DNA of 64,000 nt from the human T2T-CHM13v2.0 reference genome, Homo sapiens (GCF_009914755.1 NC_060928.1), one strand, 5' to 3'; shown: positions 29,535-42,867, counted from the stretch's first letter. Numbers and translations: made by a program. Notes: generated by a model not told the origin, from the letters alone.

Positions 29535-29835
29535 TTGAGAGGCAATATAAAGTAGTAGTTAAGAATATAATCTCTGTAGCCATACTACCCAGGTTCAGAT
29601 GTCTAATTGTTTTAAAACAGCCACTTATTAGCAGTAGGACTGTAGGTATCTTTTTGTACCTTAGTTTCCCTGCCTATAAAGTGGAAATAATAATAGTACA
29701 TACTTCATAGGGTTATTATGATAGTTAAATGAGTTTATACACATGCATATGCATAAGCATATACACACATGAATTTACGTACACACACCACTTGGAACAG
29801 TGAGCATATGGTAAATGCTATATTATTTATTAAAT
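29535..29835 (+). mobile_element. MIR with an internal CA/TA-rich insert
   Basis: gtagttaagaat...cttagtttccctgcctataaagtggaaataataatagtac...cttcatagggtt. Confidence 0.75.
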
Positions 29836-30369
29836 AAATAAAAATCATATTTCTAACTGAAAGCAAAGAGAACAACATATACAGGTCCAGTGGTAGTTAA
29901 TGTTTTCTAAACTGAGGCATGAAATTAAAAAAAAAAGATAAGATGCTAAAATGGCATAGCAATTAAATAAAGAGAATTGAGAATAGAAAAACATTTCTAC
30001 TCTACTTACTGCCCTTTTACCTCTATGAGTTTTAACTGTAACTGAACTAGAAAATCTATCCTACTAATCATATTACCTGTGGAAGCACAATTCTGTTAAA
30101 AGATCATTTCTAAGAATTACAACATTTTAGAATTAACAGAAATCTTAGATGTCAAATAGTTCATTCAGCCTCTTTATCTGGGGGCTCAAAGCACTAAGGC
30201 CAAGAAAATTCAATGACTTTCTCAAGGTCAAATTAATTCCAAAGACATGTTTACCAACTTCTAGCATAGTAACCTTTCAATTATAATAGCACTACTTGAA
30301 ACCTATTGGTGGTGGTCCAAAGAAGAACATAATTTGCATCTCATTAGTATCTTCTTGCACTAAGCCATG

Positions 30370-32270
30370 TGTGTTGTTTGTTTTTACTTATTATTTTCAC
30401 ATACTTTTGCACTTATAGAAAAGTTAGAGGAATAGTACTAGGAACTTCTGAGCACCCTTCACCTTCAATTATTTACATTCTTTTTCATATGCTTTATTAT
30501 TCTATTAATATGTCTCTATGTATTTATTATTTTTTTCTGAAGTGTTTGAAAGTGAGTTGGAGGCATCTCATCCCTTTACCCATAAATTCTTGAGTGTGTA
30601 TTTCCAAAGAACAAGTACAATTTCTGTCATAACTGCAGTTATGAAATGATCAAAAAAAGAAAATGTAACATGAATACAATATTATCTATTCCACAGTTTA
30701 TATTCACATTTCATCTATTTGCCCTATATTGTCTCCTTTCTCTGTTTGTTTTTTGGCTCAAGATCCAAGCCCAAATCAAGCATTGAGCTTAGTTGTCCTG
30801 TCTCTTTAGTGTACTTTCACCTGGGACAGTTCCTCACCTTTCTTTGTCTTTCTTGACCTTGAGAGTTTTGAAAACACGGCTAGCTATTTTGCAATATGTC
30901 CCTCAGTTTTATTTGTCTGTTTATCCATAATTGGATTCAGAATATACATTTTTGGCAAGAATACTACAGAAGTGATGTTGTGTTCTCAGCACATGATTTC
31001 AGGAGGCACATGATGTCAGTGTATTCAATACTGGCAATGTAATTTTTTTTTTTCAGACAGAATCTCTCTCTGTCACCTGGACTGGAGAGTAGTGGTGCGA
31101 TCACAGGTCACTGTAGTCTCGACCTCCCAGGATCAGATGATTTTCCCACCTCAGCCTCTTGAGTAGCTGAGACTACAGTCACGCACCACCATGCCCAGCT
31201 AAATTTTGTAATTTTGTGGAGATGGGTTTTCATTATGTTGCCCCAGGCTGGTCTCAAACACCTGAGCTCAAGCAATCCGCCCACCTCAGCCTCCCGAAGT
31301 GCTGGGTTTACAGGCTTGAGCCACTGTGCCTGGCTGGCAATGTAAACTTTGATCACTGTGTCTGCCAGGTTTCTCCACAGTAAAACGAGTGTTTCACCCT
31401 TGCTAAATAATAATTAATTTGTAAGAAGAAACTTTGACACTATTTAAATATCTTTTTTCTGTCAAACTTCTACCTACTAGTTTTTGCATGCATTGTTAAT
31501 TTGTAATTCCATTATTCCTTTCAAATTGAATAATTGACATTCTGCTGAAAGGAAGAGCTTTCCCATGTCTCTCATTTATTTATTTGTTTATTTATGATAT
31601 CAATGGGATTCATGTATTCTTGTTTTATTCTATGTCTATAATCCATTATAGCCGTAAATATTTAAATACTATTATTTATTCAGATGCTCAAATTTTCCCA
31701 GATTTATCCATTGAAAGCCACTTCATATTAGTTTTTGTGCCTTTTGATACCTCCCCATCATTCTTGAGGATTTCCTTACTTTCTGGCACATGTTATTCTA
31801 GGCTCATTTTGTATTTTCCTTGTCCACACCCTGGAATCAGCCTTTCATCCACACAGCTTTGCTTCCATTGAGAAGTGAATGGCATTTAGAAGTCAAGATC
31901 TGGACACTAGGTGTACTCGTTGCTACTGATATGTTAATACTTCTAGGCCCTGTCAGCCAGAAGCATTAGTGAATATATGTTGATTTTTATTTCTATATCT
32001 ATGTGCCTATCGATGAAAAACCATGAGTTCATACTGATACCTCTGATTCCAGTCTCAAACTACAGGATGCATTCTGGTGTCCTAATTTTCTCATTTGTAA
32101 CTCTTTTCCAAAAGTAAGAAACCTAACTTCACATTTGTTATATTCAATATATGTGTCTGTTTGCTCGACTTGGAATACAAGAAAGCAATTTCAGAATTGC
32201 TAACCTACACCACAGCCAGAAAAGCAAATCTACTAACTAGAATTCAACTTTTTAACAGCTTTTTGGAATA
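30370..32270 (-). mobile_element. L1MC-type 3' region, interrupted by AluJ
   Basis: cttatagaaaagtt...aatagtac; tttggcaagaatactacagaagtgatg; tgctcaaattttcccagattt; ccatgagttcatactgatacctc. Confidence 0.75.
31043..31335 (-). mobile_element. AluJ (Jb-like)
   Basis: gcgatcacaggtcactgtagtctcgacctcc and cctgagctcaagcaatcc; TSD ggcaatgtaa at 31033 and 31336. Confidence 0.93.
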
Positions 32271-33195
32271 AAATTTACTAGAGCAAAATAATTTGTGCAC
32301 AGATATCAAGTGCATAGTTCAGGAAATTAGACAAACATCTAGACCCATGTTTCTCCTGTCTCATCAAGATGTAAGACATTTCCATCACCTTAGAAAGGTC
32401 CCTTGTGCCCCTTTCCCGTCAGTATATACCCCTCAGGAGTAGCTAGTTTCCTGATTTCTATCACTATAGGCTAGTTTTGCCTCATCTAGAACTTCTATTT
32501 ATGGAATCGTGCAGTGACTCTTCTGTATCTGGCTTCTTTCACTCATTATAATGACTGTTGGATTTATACATGTTGTTATATGTATATCTACAGTTTGTTT
32601 CTTTTGGTTGCTAAAAGAAACCAAGCCATGCTCTTTGTTTATCTGTTCCCTCTTGATGAGTAGCATTTGGGTTACTTCCAGTTTCTGGCTAATATAAATA
32701 AAACTACAATGAACATTTTTGTGTAAATCTTGAGAACATAAGGATTCCATTTCTCTTGGTTGAACGTCTGAATTGGAATCACTAAGTCATAGATACAGGT
32801 ATATTTAATTTTATAAGAAATTGCCAAACATTTTGTTAAAGTGGTTGCACCATTTACACTTTCACCAGCAATATATGAACATTCTAGTTATTTCATATCC
32901 TCATCAACATTTGGTATTGTCAGTCTTTTTAAATTTTAGCCATTCAAATGGGCATGTAATGATACCGGATTGTGTTTATAATGTGCAATTCTCTGATATC
33001 TAATGATGCTAGGACTGTTTCATGAGATTATTGGGTATTTCTGTTTGTTCCTCTGTGAAGTGCCTATTTAAATCTTTTCTCATTTTCTTAATTAGATTGA
33101 GTTGTAGGAGTCATTTGTATATTATGGATATAAGTTTTTTTAACAGATATATGCTTTGCAAATATTTTCTGACAGTCTCTGGCTTGCCTATACAC
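32270..33195 (-). mobile_element. Old L1M (MD/ME-like) 3' region; resumes at about 41410-41505
   Basis: gctagttttgcc...tggaatcgtgcag...ctgtatctggcttctttcactca; ORF 32499-32750(-) ends in degenerate ORF2 sequence (IMSERSQIQKSHCTIP). Confidence 0.75.
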
Positions 33196-36100
33196 TGTTT
33201 TTCTTTTTAACTTTTATTTCAGGTTCATGTGTAAATGTGCAGGTGTGTTATATGGGTAAATTGCATGTTTCAGGAGTTTCGTGTACAGATTATTTCACTA
33301 CCCCAGGTAATAAGCACAGTGCTCCGCAGGTAGTTTTTTGATCCTTATGCTGCTCCCTCCCTCTACCCTCAAGTAGGCCCTGGCATCTCTCGCTCCCTTC
33401 TTTGTGCCAATGTGTACTCAATGTTTAGCTCCCACATATAAGTGAGAACATGCAGTATTTGGTTTTCTGTTCCTGTGTCAGTTCTCTTAGCATAATGGTC
33501 TCCAGCTCTATGTTGTTGCAAAGGGCATGATCTCCTTTTTTATGGCTACATAGTATTCCATGGTACATATGTACCACATTTTCTTTATCCAATCTAACAT
33601 TGATTAGCACTTAGGCTGATTCCACATCTTTGCTATTGTGAATAGTACAGTGATGAACATAAATATGCATGTGTCTTTATGGTAAAATGATTTATATTCC
33701 TTTGGGTATGTACTCAATAATGGGATTGCTGTATTGAGTAGTAATTCTGATTTGAGTTCTTTGAGAAATCACCAAACTGCTTTTCACAATGGCCGAACAA
33801 ATTTACATACCCACCATATGTATGGTATAAGGAAAGGGTCCAGTTTCAATCTTCTGCATACGGCTAGCCAGTAATCCCAGCACATTTATTGAATAGGGAA
33901 TTCTTTCCCCATTGCTTGTTTTTGTCAACTTTCTTGAAGATCAGATGGTTGTAGGTGTCTGGCGTTATTTTTGGGCTCTCTATTCTGTTCCGTTGGTCTA
34001 TGTATCTGTTTTTGTAACAATATCATGCTGTTTGGTTACTGTAGGCTTGTAGTATAATGTAAAGCTGGGTAACATAATGCCTCCAGCTTTGTTCTTTTTG
34101 CTTAAGGTTGTCTTGGCTATTAAATCTCTTACTTGGTTCAACTTGAATTTTAAAAGTCTTTTTTTTTCCTAATTCTGTGATGAATGCCATTGGTAGTTTG
34201 ATAGGAATAGCATTGAATCTGTAAATTGCTTTTGGCAGTATGTTTGTTATAACAATATTGATTCTTCTTATCCCTGAGCATGGAATGTTTTTCCATTTAT
34301 TTCTGTCATTTCTCATGTCTTTGAGTAGTGTTTTATAATTCTTGTTATGGAGATCTTTCACCTCCCTGGTTAGATGTATTCCTAGGTATTTTATTCTTTT
34401 TGTGGCTGTTGTAAATGGGATTGCATTCTTGATCTGGCTCTCAGCTTAAATGTTATATAGGAATGCTACTGAATTTTGTGCCCTGAAACTTTGCTGAAGT
34501 TGTTTATTAGATCAAGGAATTTTGGGGCTGATACAACGAGGTTTTATAGGAATAGAATCATATCATCTGCAAACAGCAATAGTTTGATGGTCTCTCTTAC
34601 TATCTAGATACTTTTATTTCTTTCTCTTGCCTGATTTCTCTGACCAAGACTTCCATTACTATGTTGAATAGGAGTGGTGAGAGAGGGCATCCCTGTCTTG
34701 TGCTGGTTTTCAAGGGGAATGCTTCTAGCTTTTGTCCATTCAGTATGATGTTTGTTGTGGGTTTGTCATAGATGGCTTTTATTATTTTAAAGTATGTTTG
34801 TTCAATGCCTAGTTTGTTGAGGGTTTTAACCTGAAGGGATGTTGAATTTTATTAAAAGCCTTTTCTGAATCTATTGAGATAATCGTGTGGCTTTTGTTTT
34901 TAGTTCTGTTTATATGATGGATCACATTTATTGATTTGTATATATTGAACCAACCTTGCATCCCAGGGATAAAGCCTACTTGGTCATGGTGGATTAGGTA
35001 TTCAGTGTGCTGCTGGATTCAGATGGTTAGTATTCTGTTGAGGATTTTTGCATCTATGTTCATCAAGGATATCGGCCTGACATTTTCTTTTTGTTGTTGT
35101 TGTTGTATGTCTCCTGGGTTTTGGTATCAGAATGATGCTGGCCTTATAGAATGAGTTGGAGAGGAGTTCCTTCTCCTCAAATTTTTGGAATAGTTTCAAT
35201 AGAAATGGGAACAGCTCTTCTTTATACATCTGGTAGAATTTGGCTGTGGTCCTGGCTCTTTCTTATTTGTAGCCTTTTTATTACCGATTCAATTTTGGAA
35301 CTCATTATTGGTCTGTTCAGGGATTCAGTTTCTTCCTAGTTCAATCTTGGGAGGTTGTATGTTTTCAGGAATTTATACATTTCTCATAGGTTTTTAAGTT
35401 TGTGTGCACAGAGTTTTGTATAGTAGTCTCTGAGGGTTTTTTTTGTATTTCTGTGGTGTATTGGTCATGTCCCTTTGTCATTTCTTATTGTGCTTATTTG
35501 GACCTTCTTTCTTTTATTCATTATTACGCTAGCTAATGGTCTACCTTATTTATTATTTAAAAAACTCATGGATTCATTGATCTTTATCTTTTGTATGTTT
35601 TTTCCAGTCTTGATTTCCTTAAGTTCAGCTCTGATTTTGGCTATTTCATGTCTTCTGCTAGCTTTTGGGTTGGTTTGCTCTTGTTTCTCTAGTTCCCCTA
35701 GGTGATGATGTTAGGTTGTTAATTTGAGATCTTTCAGACTTTTCCATGTGGGCATTTAGCACTATAAACTTTCCTCTTAACACTGCTTTAGCTGTTTCCT
35801 AGACATTCTGGCATGTTGTATCTTTGTTCTCATTACAGTCAAGGAATTTCATGATTTTTGCCTTAATTTCATTGATTAACCAAAGGTCATTCAGGAGCAG
35901 GTTGTTGAAATTCCATGTAATTATATGGTTTTGAGTGATTTTCTTAGTATTGATTTCTATTTTTGTTGAGCTGTGGTCTGAGAGAGTGGTTGGTATGATT
36001 TCAGTTTTTTTGAATTTGTTGATTGTTTTATGTCCAATTGTGTGGTTGATTGTAGAGTCCGTGCCATGTTGTGATGAGAAGAATGTATATTCTGTTGTTT

Positions 36101-36494
36101 TTGAGTGGAGAGTTCTGTAGATTTGTTAGGTCCATTTGGTCAAGTGTTGAGTTCAAGTCCTGAATATTTTTGTTAATTTTGTGCCTCTATGATCTGTCTA
36201 ATACCATCAGTGGGGTATTGACATCTCCTGTGATTATTGTGTAGAAATCTTACTCTCTTTGTAGGTATCTAAGAACTTTCTCTATGAGTCTTGGTGCTCC
36301 TGTGTCAAGTGCATACATATATTTAGGATAGTCAGGTATTGTTGAATTGAATACTTTACTATTATGTCAGTCCCTTCTTTGTCTTTTTAAAAAATCTTTT
36401 TTGGTTTAAAGTCTGTTTTACTAAAATTAGGATAGCAACCGCTACTTGGTAGATTTTTCTCTATCCCTTTACTTTGAGCCTATGGATGTCATTG

Positions 36495-37305
36495 TGTGTC
36501 CAGAATTAGTTCCTTCTGGTGCATTCTTGGTCTCGCTGGTCTCGCTGACTTCAAGAATGAAGCCGCAGACCCTTGCAGTGAGTGTTACAGTTCATAAAGG
36601 TGGTGTGTCCAGAGTTGCTCATTCCTCCCCGTGGATTTGTTGTCTCACTAGCTTCAGGAGTGAAGCTGCAGACCTTCGCAGTGAGTATTACAGTTCATAA
36701 AGGCAGTGCATCCAGAGTTGTTCATTCCTCCCAGTGGGTTTGTGGTCTCGCTGGCTTCAGGAGTGAAGCTGCAGACATTCTCGGTGAGTGTTACAGCTCA
36801 TAAAGGTAGTGTGGACCCAAACAGTGAGCAGCAGCAAGAGTTATTGTGAAGAGTGAAAGAACAAAGCTTACACAGCAGGGAAGGGGACCCGCAGTGGGTT
36901 GCCGCTGCTGGCTCAGGTGGCCTGCTTTTATTCCCTTATTTGGCCCCACCCACATCCTGCTGATTTGTCCATTTTACAGAGAGCTGATTGGTCCATTTTA
37001 CATAGTGCTGATTGGTCCGTTTTACAGAGTGCTGATTGGTCTGTTTTACAGAGTGCTGATTGGTGCATTTACAAACCTTTAGCTAGACACAGAGCGCTGA
37101 TTGGTGCATTTACAATCCTTTAGCTAGATAGAAAAGTTCTCCAAGTCCCCTACCCGATTAGCTAGACACAGAGCACTGATTGGTGCATTTACAAACCTTT
37201 AGCTAGACACAGAGCACTGATTGGTGCATTTACAATCCTTTGGCTAGACAGAAAAGTTGTCCAAGTCCCCAGCCGACCCAGAAGCCCAGCTGGCTTCACC
37301 TCTCA
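36495..37305 (-). mobile_element. LTR12-family (HERV9) solo LTR, 811 bp
   Basis: Element strand starts TGAGAGGTGAAGCCAGCTGGGCTTCTGGG and ends GGACACA; repeated CCAATCAG units; perfect 4-bp TSD attg at 36491-36494 and 37306-37309. Confidence 0.95.
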
Positions 37306-38245
37306 ATTGCATGTGAGATGAGTCTCTAGAAGACAGCATACCATTGGGTCTTGCTTCTTTATCCAGCTTGCTACTCTGTGCCTTTTAATTGGTGCCATTG
37401 AGCCCATTTACATTCAGCATTAATATTGGTATGTGGAGATTTGATCCTGTCATGGTGTTGGTAAATGGTTATTATGTAGACTTGTTTTTGTGGTTGCCTT
37501 ATATTCTCAGTGGTCAGTTTACTTAAGTGTGTTTTTGTAGTGGTGCATAACATTCTTTCTTGTCCATATTTAGCACTCCTTACAGAACCTTTTGTAAGAC
37601 ATGTCCAGGGTTAATGGATTCCATCACCATTTGCTTGTCTTACTTCTCCTTTGCTTATGATGCTTAGTTTGGCTAGATATAAAATTCTTGGTTGCAAATT
37701 CTTTTCTTTAAAAATGCTGAATATAAGCCTTCAATCTCTTCTGGTTTGTGGAGTTTCTGCTGAAAGGTTTGCTGTTAGTTTGATGGGTTTCACTTTTTAG
37801 GTCACCTATGCTTCTCTCTAGCTGCCTTTAACATTTTTTCTTTCATTTTGACCTGGGAGACTCTGATGATTCTGTATCTTGAGGATGGTCTTCTTGTGTA
37901 ATATCTCATAGAAATTCTCTGCATTTCCTGGTTTTGAACATTGGCATCTCTAGCGAGGTTAAGGAGGTTTTCATGGATAATATCTTAAAATATGTTTTCC
38001 AAATTGCCTGTTATCTCCTCATATCTTTCAAGGACACTGGTGAATTATAGATTTGGTCTCTTTACATAATCCCATATTTCTCGTTTTTATTCTTTATTTT
38101 TTATTTTTGTTCAAGTTAGTTTAGAGAACCAGTCTTTGAGCTGTGAGATTTTTCCTCAGCTTGATTTATTCTGCTGTTAATGCTTGTGATTGCATTATGA
38201 AATTATTGTAGTGTGTTTTTCAGCTCTATCAGATCAGTTTGGTTC

Positions 38246-38574
38246 TTTTTATTTTTATTATTATTATTTTTTCTTCTTAGATGGAGTCTCACTCTGTCAC
38301 CCAGGCTGGAGTGTTTGTAGTGCAGTGGTGCAATCTTGGCCCACTGCAAACTCCGCCTCCCGGGTTCACGCCATTCTCCTGCCTCAGCCTCCTGAGTAGC
38401 TGGGACTACAGGTGCCCGCTATCACGCCCAGCTGATTTTTTTTTTTTTGTATTTTTAGTAGAGATGGGGTTTCACTGTGTTAGCCAGGATGTTCTCAATC
38501 TCCTGACCTCGTGATCTGCCCACCTCAGCCTCCCAAAGTGCTGGGATTACAGGCATGAGCCACCGCACCCAGCC
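38246..38574 (-). mobile_element. AluY (older, CpG-decayed) inserted in the L1
   Basis: ttcacgccattctcc, gttagccaggatg, gacctcgtgatc; extra ~9 nt in ggagtgtttgtagtgcag. Confidence 0.9.
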
Positions 38575-41569
38575 AGTTCTTTATAGTGGCCATTTCATCT
38601 AACTGCTCCTGTATCATATTTTATTGTAATCCTTAGAATTCTTGGATTGGGTTTTGACTTTCTCCTGAATCTTGATGCTCTTCGTTCCTATCCATATTCT
38701 GATTTGTATTTCTTTCATTTCAGTCTTTTCATCCTGGTTAAGAATTCCTGCTGTGAAACTAGTGCAGTTGTTGAGGAAATCAGACACTCTGGCTTTTTGA
38801 GTTGCCAGAGTTCTTGTGCTGATTCTTTCTCATCTGTGTGGGGTGATTCAATGCAGCTGCCACACCCTACCATGTGCTTTAGTTTGAGTACAGTCAGTTG
38901 ACTTCTTTTCAGGATGTTTTCGGACGGTTGAGGCTTTGTGCAGGAACTTTATTTGTGGTTGAGTTCTTGTCCTTGGTTTCACAGTGTGGGCAGGAGGTGG
39001 CCTATATTAGCAAAGTATTTTTGTTGTTGAAGTTTGGGTTGTGATCAAGTAGGTGGTGCTTAAGCATAATGACCAGTAGGTAGGCTCTTGCTTAGTCACT
39101 TCACTGCTTTGTATTTCCTCATGACTGCGATATGCTCCCTCTCTGTGCTCTAAGAGTGTGGAATCCTCTCCCACTCAAGTCCTGGCTATAGCTCTTGGCT
39201 TGGCACTTCTTGGCTGCACACTGCAGCCCTGGGTGAGCTCAGGCTTTATGTTCCTTTCTAGCTGGGAGGCAGCAGGAGAAGGGACCTTGCCATGGGTAGG
39301 GACATGTGGAAGAGGGTCTTTCACTTGTCTCTCAGGTTTCCATATCAGAAAATGGCAGAGCCACTCCCAGTTGGGGCTATCAGCCTGGGGTGGGGTGGCT
39401 GCATTGTGGACTCAAGCCAGGGGGCCCTGCATATTGATGAGCAGAGAGGCCAGGTGGCTCATGGGGGAAACTGACTGGCTTCTTCTTTTTAGGACAGCAG
39501 TGGCTGTCCTAAAGGAGGTGTGGTTAAATCACTGAGAGTCTTTGCTCCTTTTCCAGTCTGAGGGCAGCAAGGACAGTACCACTGCAATGGCAGTGGCAGA
39601 GGGGCTTTTGGTTGCCTCTGGAAGCTTCATCTCAAGAGAAACACAGAGCAACTGCTACTGGGAATGTTCAGCTGGTGGGTGGGGGTGACTGCAACTGCTG
39701 GCCCAAGCTTGGGGCCAGACTGGGTGAAGAGTGGGGGATTGAGGGCTCACAGAGAGGAGAGCCTGAGCTTCTCTCTATATAATAACTGTGGTGTGCTAGA
39801 AGTATGAGTAAAACCCTCAGGTTCTTTATTTCTTCCCCAGACTGAGGGCATCAGGTACAGAGAGGCTGTTGGTTGCCTCTGGGATCACCTCCCCAGGGAA
39901 ACACAAAGCCATTAGCAATGGGAATTCTCAGTTGCGGGTGGAGGAGCTCTTCAGTGATCTTGAGGCAAGAGCCCTGCCTGGTGAAGAGTGGGGTGTGGGA
40001 GCTCGCTGGAAAGAGACTGGGCTCCTCTCCATATGATAGCTGCAGCTTGCTGGAGGTTTCAGCATAGCAACCAGGCCCTTTGTTCCTTCCCCAGCCCGAG
40101 GACAGTCAGGGCAGTACTGCTGCAACTGCAATGTCATACATGCTCTGGGTTGTCTCTGGGATTTCCTCCTCAGAGAAATGCAGAGCCACCACTGACTAAA
40201 GTGTTCAGGTGGGGGCAGGTTAATCATATTGGGGGCCCAGGTCAACAGGCACTGCCGAGTGAAGGGTAGGGGAGGTGGGGACGCATGTGGAAAACAGTCT
40301 GGCTGCTTTTCTGTAAGGTGGCTGCACTGTGCTGGGCATCTCCATAGGTCTCCAACCACTCCACTCCCTCCTGAGCCTGAGGGCAATAGGAGCAAGGGCT
40401 GCAGGACAGCAAAAATGGTGCCCTGCCTCCCTCTAGGAGCTCTATCCCAGGAAAGTGTAGAGCTGCTACCATTCTGAGAGCCCAGGCGGGGGTCACTAAA
40501 GTCCCAGGTTTGGAGGCCCTGCCCAGTGAGCAGTAGCAGAGTTGGAGACCTATGTGGAACACAGTCTTGTCCCTTTTCCATAAGGCAGCTCTGCCGGGGG
40601 TCTGGGAGAGTCCCCAGTCACTGCACACCCTCTGGAGCCTGAGAGCAACAGGAGGGTGGGTTGCAGAGAAACAAAAATGGCAGGCTACCTCTCCCTCTGG
40701 GAGCTCTGTCCCAGCGAATTGCAGAGCTGCTCCCTGCCCAAGAACTCAGGTGGGGCTGGGGTGGCCTCACCAGCACCCCAGGCCAATGGGCCTTATCCTG
40801 CAAGGTGCAGTGGAGGCACGGCTTGCAGTCCATCACTGCTCAGTTCTGTTGATTTGGTTCCTTTCCTGCAGGCATGTGAGGGAGGCTGACCTTCCCCATT
40901 GCTGGACCTGCAGCCACTGGTGCCAGGGTGCCTGAGGATCCAAGGCTCCCAGGACTCTATGTGTGCCTGAGCAGGGCTCTGCCCAGACTCCCACGTAGTT
41001 CTCTGTGTTGGTCTGGAGGCCGCAGCAGGGGAGTTTGCGGGGATTTCCTGAGCAGAAGTGGTAGAAGTGTGGGTCCCTGAGGACTCTCACTTACTCACTG
41101 TTTCCCCAGTGTGGTGACTCCCCTGGCTCTGGGCCACTCCAGGTGGGCAGTTTTCCTGTCTCACTCTTCTCTGTTCTCTGTGGGTCATGCTGTTTCCCTG
41201 ATGAATCCCAATGTGTTCACCTGGATGTTCCGGTTGAAGAGCTAGTGTCAACCCACCACTCTATTCTCTCCGTGAAAGCAGTGCACACTGGCTGCTGCTA
41301 GTCAGCCATCTTGGCCTCCATGTAGAAATATTTCTGTAATCATTTCCTAGCTTCCAGGTATCCTGGCATTTTCCCTGTGGATCTCCCAATTCCTCTGGTC
41401 ACAGAAGACTACATATTCTTAGTGATGTCTTTTGATGAGCACATATTTTTTATCTTTAATGAAGTGTACATTATAATTTTTATGCTATTACTTTATCCTT
41501 TCTAAGTGAATCATTCCCTTTCCTCAGGTTACAAATGTATTTGGGTTCTCTCTCCATTCCTCTCTCACA

Positions 41570-41885
41570 CCAGCTTGTCTCTGCATAGCATCATTTTACA
41601 AATGGCTTTGCTAAAAGGGAAGATGAATGCCACCAACGTCAGATGCTCATCCTTTCAGTGTCTTCCCTATCCTAAGGGAAGACTCTACTTGGCACTGTCT
41701 GAGTCACATGTCCATTTCCTGGGCCAGTCACTGTTGCCAGGGAGCTCAGGTTCTATGAGCAACTAAGTTCAAGCCCATCCCTTTAGCAAAGGGATGGTGG
41801 CATCAACGAGAAAAACATGGGATGAGGGAGAGGGGAGTCCTCAGAGACAGGCTCTTGGATACTTCAAATAACATATGTGCCACCA
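41570..41885 (+). mobile_element. Old MaLR LTR fragment (MLT1J/K-like)
   Basis: tgagtcacatgtccatttcctgggccagtcactgttgccaggga. Confidence 0.5.
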
Positions 41886-42867
41886 AACTTCTTAATTTTA
41901 AAAAATTATTTTTTATGTAGAAGATTTATTTCTCTTTCTCTAAACTGCTAATTAAATGTATTCAGGTGCAGTAAAGCTAGATTTCTGTTTAGCATATCTA
42001 AAACTAAAGTGTGAAATAATCAGATATTTTGAAGTGCTAAAATATGTTCAAATTATATGTGAATAGCAGTACTTCATCAAAGATCACAGTTTAACACATC
42101 AAAGTTTACCATAATATGAATGATGCTATTATTTTCACTTTGACAAAAGTTTTTCCCTACCTTCCTCAGATTCTAAAAAAAAAAAAGTTGTGTTGTCCAT
42201 ACCTCCATATAAGAAACCACTGGGAGAGCAACTGTGGTTTAGTGATTAGCACAAGATTTATATACTTAGAAAGCCTAATCATTTTGCTGGGCTTTAGAGC
42301 AAGCCTGACGATGTTCCACCCACAGGATTAATTGACAAAAATGAGTGGTCCTTATTGGAAATCATTAAGTACCTCGGGGTTTTCATTTGAAGGAGAAAAT
42401 TGGAGAGTTCATTGTAGACAAATGACTATCGCCATCAAAGTTACCCACTTGTAAAATATTTTCTTTGAAGTGTAGTTGAATAAATAGCTGGCCCCACTGA
42501 GGGGCTTGAAATGATAATGCAATCAACAACATTTGATTCTCCTAGGTCAGACTCACTAAAGGAACCTGATATTAAAAGTAGTGTTTCAGGAAAGCTTTCG
42601 TTAGCTTAAAAATTATAGACATCAGGGAAAGTGCTGGAGGGGCTCTATAAATTATAGGCACAGCAGTTATTTCCCCATAATGAGGAAAGGACCCAGCTGA
42701 CTTTCTCAGTGTCATACGGGCCTCAGCTTTCCTCTCTCAATTCTCTCTGCTATGTGCATAAAGCTCTCCTTCATTACTGCCGTTGCTCTCCCATCCCTTG
42801 GGTATTATAATCCTATTACTTTTCAGATTTAGGTGTGGAAAACCTCTTAAAAATTAATAAATGAGTT

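Larger units (their letters stand above)
33196..41319 (-). mobile_element. Near full-length old primate L1 (L1PA15/16-like); degenerate ORF2/ORF1, long GC-rich 5'UTR, with LTR12 and AluY insertions
   Basis: 3'UTR gggtaaattgcatg...accctcaagtaggccc. ORF2 remnants 34023-34361 ([29 protein letters not shown]) and 35002-35229 ([16 protein letters not shown]). 5' end ctagtcagccatcttgg (CCAAGATGGC, YY1 motif) at 41298-41314. Confidence 0.9.

Noticed and set aside
34023-35229. Reverse-transcriptase-region ORF fragments
   Set aside because: Frameshifted L1 ORF2 remnants, not a functional gene.
39928-40581. Longest ORF in the track (217 aa) and overlapping ORFs in 39158-41090
   Set aside because: They lie in the GC-rich L1 5'UTR where stop codons are rarer, several frames are open at once, and no domain is recognisable.
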